DNA of 64,000 nt from the NCBI GenBank assembly GCA_963767225.1, contig CAVYDD010000007.1, positions 53,887 to 117,886 of the forward strand, read 5' to 3'. A program made the translations under genes and the position numbers. Source of the stretch: an uncultured Acidobacteriota bacterium (GTDB taxonomy: Bacteria > Acidobacteriota > Terriglobia > Acidiferrales > UBA7541). Below are positions 58,853-64,000 of this stretch, piece after piece; the stretch's first letter is position 1; the number at the start of each line of letters is the position of its first letter. The notes beneath the pieces were generated by a model. It made no database searches and was not told where the DNA came from. It was given only the letters and a program-made list of their open reading frames with translations.

Positions 58853-60913
58853 ATGACTTCGCTTAACAGGTCCCTCCGGTCTATTCCTATCTTTCTGATT
58901 GGCGTGGCTTGCGCGTGTGTCAGTGCGCCCCCCGTGCAGGCTCAGGTGTGGCGGGCTATGGGTCCGGCGGGTGGTGACGTGCGGGCGCTGACGAGCGATC
59001 CGTCGCGTCCCGAAGTGCTGTATATGGGCACGACCGATGGCGCAATATTCGCATCGCGCGATGCTGGAGCCGATTGGCAGCAGCTTGGAACGGCAGGTGA
59101 AAATCAAAACGCGGTGGTGACGGCGATTATCGTGGACCCGCGCGATTCAGCGAGGTTGTACGCTGCGACTTGGACGCGCGAAGCTGCGGGCGAGGGCGGC
59201 GGGGTTTTTTTGAGCGGCGACGGCGGTGAGACATGGCAGGATTCTGGCCTCACGGGCCACGCGGTGCGGGCGTTGGCGCAGGCTGCGTCTGATCCGGCCG
59301 TACTGGTGGCTGGTGCGCTGGATGGAGTTTTCTTGTCGCACGATTCGGGCGAGAGCTGGCGGCGAGTGTCGCCTGCTGGAGATGCCGAGCTGCGCAATTT
59401 TGACTCGCTGGCGATTGATCCGCGCGACCCCCTGGTAATTTACGCCGGGACGTTTCATCTACCTTGGAAGACGACCGACGGCGGGAAACACTGGAGCCCG
59501 ATTCATGCGGGAATGATTGACGATTCCGACGTGCTGAGCCTGGTGCCGGACGCGGAGAACCCGCAGCGCATTTTTGCCAGCGCGTGTTCTGGGATCTACC
59601 GCAGCGAGGATGCCGGCGGCGCCTGGGAAAAACTCGAAGGCATTCCGTATTCTTCGCGGCGCACGCCTGTGATTCGTCAGGACGCAGTGCGCCCAGTGAT
59701 CTTGTATGCGGGAACGACCGAAGGGTTGTGGAAGAGTGTGAATCGCGGCGCTACCTGGCGGCGGATTTCACCGCGGAGCTGGGTGATTAATTCGATGGCG
59801 ATTCTACCGCGCGACGGTCGCGAATCGCGCTTGCTGCTGGGAACGGAACAACACGGGGTGCTGGCGAGCGACGATGGCGGCGCGAGTTTCCACGCATCGA
59901 ACAAGGGATTCCATCATCATCGCATCGTTTCGCTGGCTGTGGACCCGCAAGACCCGGAGCGCGCGGCTGCGGTTCTGGAGAATGCACCGGCTGCGCTGCT
60001 GATGACCGCAGACGGCGGCAAGAATTGGGTGGCGATGAGCGCCGGGCTCGACGGGGAAGCGGTGCGGAAGATTTCTTCAGCGCCGACGGGCTGGTGGGCC
60101 GCGCTCGCTTCCGGCGGCCTCGCGCGATTCGACGTACAACGGGGTGCATGGGCGCGCATCGGAGTTGGCCGCGATTCTTCGGCGATAGATGCAGCTAACG
60201 ATTCCGCCAGCGCGAAGAGCGAACTCCGCGCATTTCAGCCTGCGGTGAACGACATGTTTTTCGCCGACGCAGCTTGGTTCGCCGCGACGGAGCAGGGACT
60301 TTTCGTGTCGCACGATTCGGGCGCGTCGTGGATGGAATTGCCGTTCGGGCCGGGCAAATTGCCGGTCGGTTCGGTACGCGCATCGAGTGATGGCGTGCGG
60401 ATCCGGCTAGTATCTTCGGGCGGGATGATTTTCTCCGAAGACGCGGGACGCACATGGGCGTGGCATGATCTTCCGCTTGAGTCGGGCGGCGCGATACGTT
60501 TGGAGTGGACGCCGGACAATATATTGCTGGCAGTGGCGCGCACAGGTTTGTACATTTCGCGCGATGCCGGAAATAGCTGGACGAAAGCACAAGCGGGTTT
60601 GCCCGGCGGCCTGGCCGATGCCTTGCTCGCGGGGCCGGATTTCTGGCTGGTCTCGATGCAAGCGGCGGGCTTGTACATTTCGCGAGACGAAGGCGCGACG
60701 TGGACGCGTTTAAAGCAGGGACCACCTGTGATCAGAACGGGCGGCGCTGCGCGCGCTATCGACGGCCCGTTCCCGGTGCTGGTCGCGGTCGGCGCCGCTG
60801 GGCGAATTTATGCCGCCTCCGCGAGCGATGGCATATATGTTCTCGATTTCTCCGGCGATTCCGCGCCGAAATCGCTTGCTACAGACGCCATCAGCGTACC
60901 GGGCGGGCACTAG
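58853..60913 (+). CDS. BNR/Asp-box repeat beta-propeller protein (Ycf48/GH74-like), secreted
   Basis: Signal peptide, then repeated S-x-D-x-G-x-S/T-W Asp-box motifs (SRDAGADWQ, SGDGGETWQ, SHDSGESWR, TTDGGKHWS, SEDAGGAWE, SDDGGASF, TADGGKNW, SHDSGASWM, SEDAGRTWA, SRDAGNSWT, SRDEGATWT). Confidence 0.7.
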   Translation: MTSLNRSLRSIPIFLIGVACACVSAPPVQAQVWRAMGPAGGDVRALTSDPSRPEVLYMGTTDGAIFASRDAGADWQQLGTAGENQNAVVTAIIVDPRDSARLYAATWTREAAGEGGGVFLSGDGGETWQDSGLTGHAVRALAQAASDPAVLVAGALDGVFLSHDSGESWRRVSPAGDAELRNFDSLAIDPRDPLVIYAGTFHLPWKTTDGGKHWSPIHAGMIDDSDVLSLVPDAENPQRIFASACSGIYRSEDAGGAWEKLEGIPYSSRRTPVIRQDAVRPVILYAGTTEGLWKSVNRGATWRRISPRSWVINSMAILPRDGRESRLLLGTEQHGVLASDDGGASFHASNKGFHHHRIVSLAVDPQDPERAAAVLENAPAALLMTADGGKNWVAMSAGLDGEAVRKISSAPTGWWAALASGGLARFDVQRGAWARIGVGRDSSAIDAANDSASAKSELRAFQPAVNDMFFADAAWFAATEQGLFVSHDSGASWMELPFGPGKLPVGSVRASSDGVRIRLVSSGGMIFSEDAGRTWAWHDLPLESGGAIRLEWTPDNILLAVARTGLYISRDAGNSWTKAQAGLPGGLADALLAGPDFWLVSMQAAGLYISRDEGATWTRLKQGPPVIRTGGAARAIDGPFPVLVAVGAAGRIYAASASDGIYVLDFSGDSAPKSLATDAISVPGGH

Positions 60914-62203
60914 GCCAGCACAGAGTTGGCGGGAGCGGCCCGCAGATGACCAAGAATCGACCCCAGTTGTAACCCAGTTGTCGCGAATTTCCCTCAGCGG
61001 GCGCGGCGCATCGTGAAAAACCTGCTGTACTTCGGGCGGGAAAGCGAGCCGGAGCGCGCACGCGTGGATCTGCACGAAATCGTGGAACGCACGCTGTCTC
61101 TGCGCAGCTGCGAACTGAGAGTGGAGAACATTTTGGTGGAATGCGAACTTGCCAACGATTTGCCAGAAACAATGGCGGATCCCTGCCATCTGCAGCACGT
61201 AGTATTGAATTTATTGACCAACGCGGAGCAGGCGTTGCTGCAGGAGCGCGGCCAGGGAAAAGTGACAAGCAAGGCACGAGTGGCCGACGGCCATCGGATT
61301 GCAATAGAAATATCCGACGACGGCCCGGGAGTTCCGCGGGGGATTGCGTCGCGCATCTTCGATCCTTTTTTTAAAACGAAGGCTCCGGGAGTCGGGACAG
61401 GTCTGGGGCTTTGGATTGTGTACGGAATCGTAAAGCAGCATGGCGGTGAAGTGACTTTTGAGGACCAGAACGGCGGCGGCGCGCGTTTTGTGGCGGAATT
61501 GCCAGTGCGAGCAATTTTCGCCGACGAGCGCGAGCCTGCGGCGCAGGAATTTGCGAGCGATTCGCAACCCGCGCGCAGCGGGCGGATTCTGGTGGTGGAA
61601 GATGAGCCCTGTGTGGCGCAGTTGATCGTTGAGGTGTTGCACGCAGCAGGGCACCAAGTAGAGGCGGTGCTGGAAAGCCAGGAAGGATTGGCGCGGTTGA
61701 CGCGAGCGCATTACGACCTGGTGGTGTGCGACCTGCGCATGCCGCGGCTGGATGGGCCGGCATTCTAGGAAGCCGAACTACTGCAGGGCGCGCCTTTGTG
61801 CGAATTTCTCCGGCAATTGATGAAGACCGCGCCCGTGTACTTGCTGGCTGCTGCCAAACGGCAGGCCGAAATTCTGCGCATGGTGGCGGAGGGCGAAGTG
61901 GAATTCGTTGCGCGCCGCAGCGAATTTATTCTGTTAGCCGCGTGCCTGGTGGAGCGGCGCTTGCGCTGGGCGCGGCGGTCGGGATTGTCGGGAGGATCGC
62001 CGTGGGCGGAGAAGCCGGACGACGTGGCGGAAATTTTCGCCACGGGATCAAAATCCGCTTACCGGGATACTCGGCAACGCGGAGTTGTTGCTTTTCCATG
62101 GTGTGCGATTGCCGGCGGCGGATACGCAGAGATTGCAGACTGCGCTGGACCTTGCGGTGCGTTTGCGCGAAACCATTCAGCGGTTGAGCGATGTGTGGGA
62201 TAG
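60914..62203 (+). pseudogene. remnant of hybrid histidine kinase (H-box trace, HATPase_c, REC) interrupted by in-frame TGA (60947) and TAG (61766) and lacking any sensor/N-terminal region
   Basis: In one frame: ...STELAGAARR*PRIDPSCNPVVANFPQRARRIVKNLLYFGRE... (H-box/X-region collinear with the kinase at 44528), then the HATPase N/G boxes (LLTNAEQA...DDGPGVP...GTGLGLWIVYG), then REC (ILVVEDEP...LVVCDLRMPRLDGPAF*EAELL...APVYLLAAA). The frame begins immediately after the stop of the BNR gene. Confidence 0.55.
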
Positions 62204-62282
62204 CCAGACGCGTTTGCCGAAGCCATCGGCGCCGCAAACGGCGTCTGGCGTTTCGCTGGCCTAACGTAACTATTGTTGCGGA

Positions 62283-63785
62283 CTATTCTTTTGCCATGCC
62301 GCAGCTACGGCACGGGCTTTTTCCAGCAGTGCGTCGAGATCTTTGCGCGCCAGGAATTGTCCGGCGAGCACCACTGCTGAAATTTGCTGTGTGTTCTCGA
62401 TCTTCTGTGATAGGATCCGCGTCCAGCAATACCATGTCGGCGCGTTGTCCTGCGGCGATTGTGCCGATACCGGTTCGCCTGAAGAATTCCGCGGGATTTT
62501 CGGTGGCCGATTGCAGGGCTTCCTGCGGCGTGAGTCCTGCGCCGACTAATTCCTTTAATTCGTAGTGCAAGCTGCTGCCGGGGAAAACGTAGCGATCGAG
62601 TGAATCGCTTCCGGCGAGCAGGCGGACTCCTGCGCGATGCATTTCGCCCGTCAACTTGCGGTCATTTTGGTATTGGCGTTCCCACCAGGCAGCGTCCGCC
62701 AATTCCTTTTGCGACGGCGGACTCGCGGGGCGCCACTCTTTTTGTAGCGCGGGCGGAACGAACGCTAGCAGCGGATCATCAAGTAATTGCTGCGGCGCAC
62801 GAGTCAGAGTCGAGATGGGATAGAGCGTGGGCGTGACCCAGGTGCCATTCCGTACGAACGTGGCCCATAGCGCAGCGGCTTTCTGGGGCGAAAATGTCTT
62901 GTCCGCATCGTCGAACACTGCGGCATCGGACTGGTCCTTTTTCGCGATCGCTTCCTGGATGCGGCGGCGCAAGGCTGTCTCCTGGCTCGAGCAGTCCAGC
63001 GCGAGTGAGCTGTAGATGACGTGCTCAATGCTTTTCTGGCCGGCTGCCGAGGCTTCGCTGGCTGTGACGCCGGATGGAATGTGGCCGACGAATGTGATGC
63101 CGTCTTTCTTCGATTCTTCGGCGACCGCGAAATAATCTTCGCGCGAGAGTTGAATCACTTTTATGAAATCGGCGCCTTGTTTCTGCAGTTGATCCACTGC
63201 CGCGCGGGCCTCTTCGACCCTGCCGACTTGAAAAATTGAGGGATCCCTGGATTTCGCCTTGCCAGGCGGCGGAGCGGGCACGAGCATCGGTCCGGCGGCC
63301 ACGATTTGCGGCCCCAGCAGCGCGCCGGATGCGATTTCGCGGCGCCATTCCTGCAGTGCGCGAAGGTCGCCGCCCATGTCCCGTAGAGCGGTGATCCCAT
63401 TCGCGACGAGCAGGGGGAGCAGGACATTTTTCGACCAGGCAGGGTCGGCGCTGATTCCGGCAATGTGCGTGTGCATGTCCCACAAGCCGGGAATCAGGAA
63501 TTTTCCGCGAGCGTCGAATTGCCATTCATTTTTGTATGTGGGGCGCTTGGGGTCGTCTGCGTTACCGATCCATTCGATCGTGCCGCTGGAGACGACCACG
63601 GTCATATCGTTCTGCGGCGAACCTTGCGGATTGACGATGGTGACGTGAGTAATCGCCAGCGGAATTTTCGCGGCGGAGCTTGGCGCGGATCCGCGCACGG
63701 CGGCGGTACCCGACCCAGGCGCGGCGGCAAATGCGAGCAGAGTTACACAAATGCAGACGGCGAAGCCGCGTGGCAGAAACCGCAC
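62283..63785 (-). CDS. amidohydrolase-family metallo-dependent hydrolase, secreted
   Basis: Signal peptide MRFLPRGFAVCICVTLLAFAAAPGSG, then IPGLWDMHTHIAG (the HxH metal motif of the amidohydrolase superfamily), ~500 aa. Confidence 0.85.
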   Translation of the reverse strand: MRFLPRGFAVCICVTLLAFAAAPGSGTAAVRGSAPSSAAKIPLAITHVTIVNPQGSPQNDMTVVVSSGTIEWIGNADDPKRPTYKNEWQFDARGKFLIPGLWDMHTHIAGISADPAWSKNVLLPLLVANGITALRDMGGDLRALQEWRREIASGALLGPQIVAAGPMLVPAPPPGKAKSRDPSIFQVGRVEEARAAVDQLQKQGADFIKVIQLSREDYFAVAEESKKDGITFVGHIPSGVTASEASAAGQKSIEHVIYSSLALDCSSQETALRRRIQEAIAKKDQSDAAVFDDADKTFSPQKAAALWATFVRNGTWVTPTLYPISTLTRAPQQLLDDPLLAFVPPALQKEWRPASPPSQKELADAAWWERQYQNDRKLTGEMHRAGVRLLAGSDSLDRYVFPGSSLHYELKELVGAGLTPQEALQSATENPAEFFRRTGIGTIAAGQRADMVLLDADPITEDREHTANFSSGARRTIPGAQRSRRTAGKSPCRSCGMAKE

Positions 63786-63811
63786 GTTAGCACCCCTTGC
63801 TGCTTCTGCCC

Positions 63812-64000
63812 CGCTTAGACGCTACGGCGAGCCCTTTAGGTAGCGGTCAAACCACTCAATGGTGCGGCGAATCGCGTCAATTTGATTTTCGCGTTTGGCG
63901 AAACCGTGGCCCTCGTTCGAGTAGTAATGCGCGTCCACGGTTTTGCCCGCGTCCTTCAGGGTTTTCACCACTTGCTCTGCCTCTTCCTTGGGGACGCGGA
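63812..64000 (-). CDS. S9 prolyl-oligopeptidase/alpha-beta-hydrolase family peptidase, C-terminal end (5' partial beyond window)
   Basis: Minus-strand frame ...RVPKEEAEQVVKTLKDAGKTVDAHYYSNEGHGFAKRENQIDAIRRTIEWFDRYLKGSP* carries the catalytic-His region and tail typical of S9 peptidases. Confidence 0.55.

Noticed and set aside
61766-61768. In-frame TAG read as a possible recoding event (pyrrolysine or readthrough); same for TAG 19078
   Set aside because: No pyl genes are seen and the lineage is wrong for Pyl. The same gene also carries a TGA and lacks its N-terminus, so simple pseudogenisation is the parsimonious reading.
1-64000. Mobile elements, integrases, tRNA/rRNA genes, CRISPR arrays
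   Set aside because: No transposase/integrase-like ORF, no cloverleaf-like conserved tRNA sequence, no rRNA-like conserved blocks, and no regularly spaced direct repeats were seen by eye.

Overview
This 64-kb window is high-GC bacterial chromosome with dense, mostly non-overlapping genes on both strands. Likely source is an Acidobacteriota (Terriglobia-like) genome. That guess rests on the TonB-dependent receptor with an N-terminal carboxypeptidase-regulatory-like domain, the ASPIC/UnbV FG-GAP (CRTAC1-like) proteins, Ig-like domains ending in 'LTVN', and the abundant sigma-54 enhancer-binding response regulators. No rRNA, tRNA, CRISPR array, transposase or integrase was found.

Most of the content is housekeeping or envelope genes: a 2-hydroxyacid dehydrogenase, an M28 peptidase, an amidase, TPR and DUF885 proteins, a MocR regulator divergent from a cupin-DoxX-AhpD-like operon, a Rieske protein, an M50/CBS site-2 protease, an SPFH/band-7 protein, a polysaccharide deacetylase, an OmpA-family protein, a BNR beta-propeller, an amidohydrolase, and three two-component systems (two with NtrC-family sigma-54 activators, one hybrid kinase).

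The most interesting locus is a minus-strand operon at 20.4-26.1 kb: a Sec-secreted inosine-uridine nucleoside hydrolase, then an Acidobacteria-type TonB-dependent receptor, then a Tat-exported Qng1/DUF2419 (queuosine-salvage family) homolog. Together these look like a previously undescribed outer-membrane/periplasmic queuosine/nucleoside scavenging system. It is complemented at 8.6-11.7 kb by a second periplasmic nucleoside hydrolase with a PfkB kinase and a GRP-family sugar permease.

Other notable signals:
- Two paralogous orphan TrbI/VirB10-like beta-barrel proteins, each beside a two-component system.
- A 12-17-nt hairpin repeat (CAGCGGCTAAAG...) present three times, each 3' of a gene.
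- An unusual concentration of decayed genes: an MDR-oxidoreductase fragment, an ICMT-like methyltransferase with compensating frameshifts, a frameshifted membrane protein, an S53 peptidase with its pro-domain deleted plus an A5-tract frameshift, an FG-GAP/Ig remnant, and a histidine-kinase remnant with in-frame stops.
- A 1230-aa TPR-FG-GAP-UnbV fusion with a 430-aa uncharacterised C-terminal domain.
- A 640-bp gene-poor stretch with small signal-peptide-like and His-rich ORFs.
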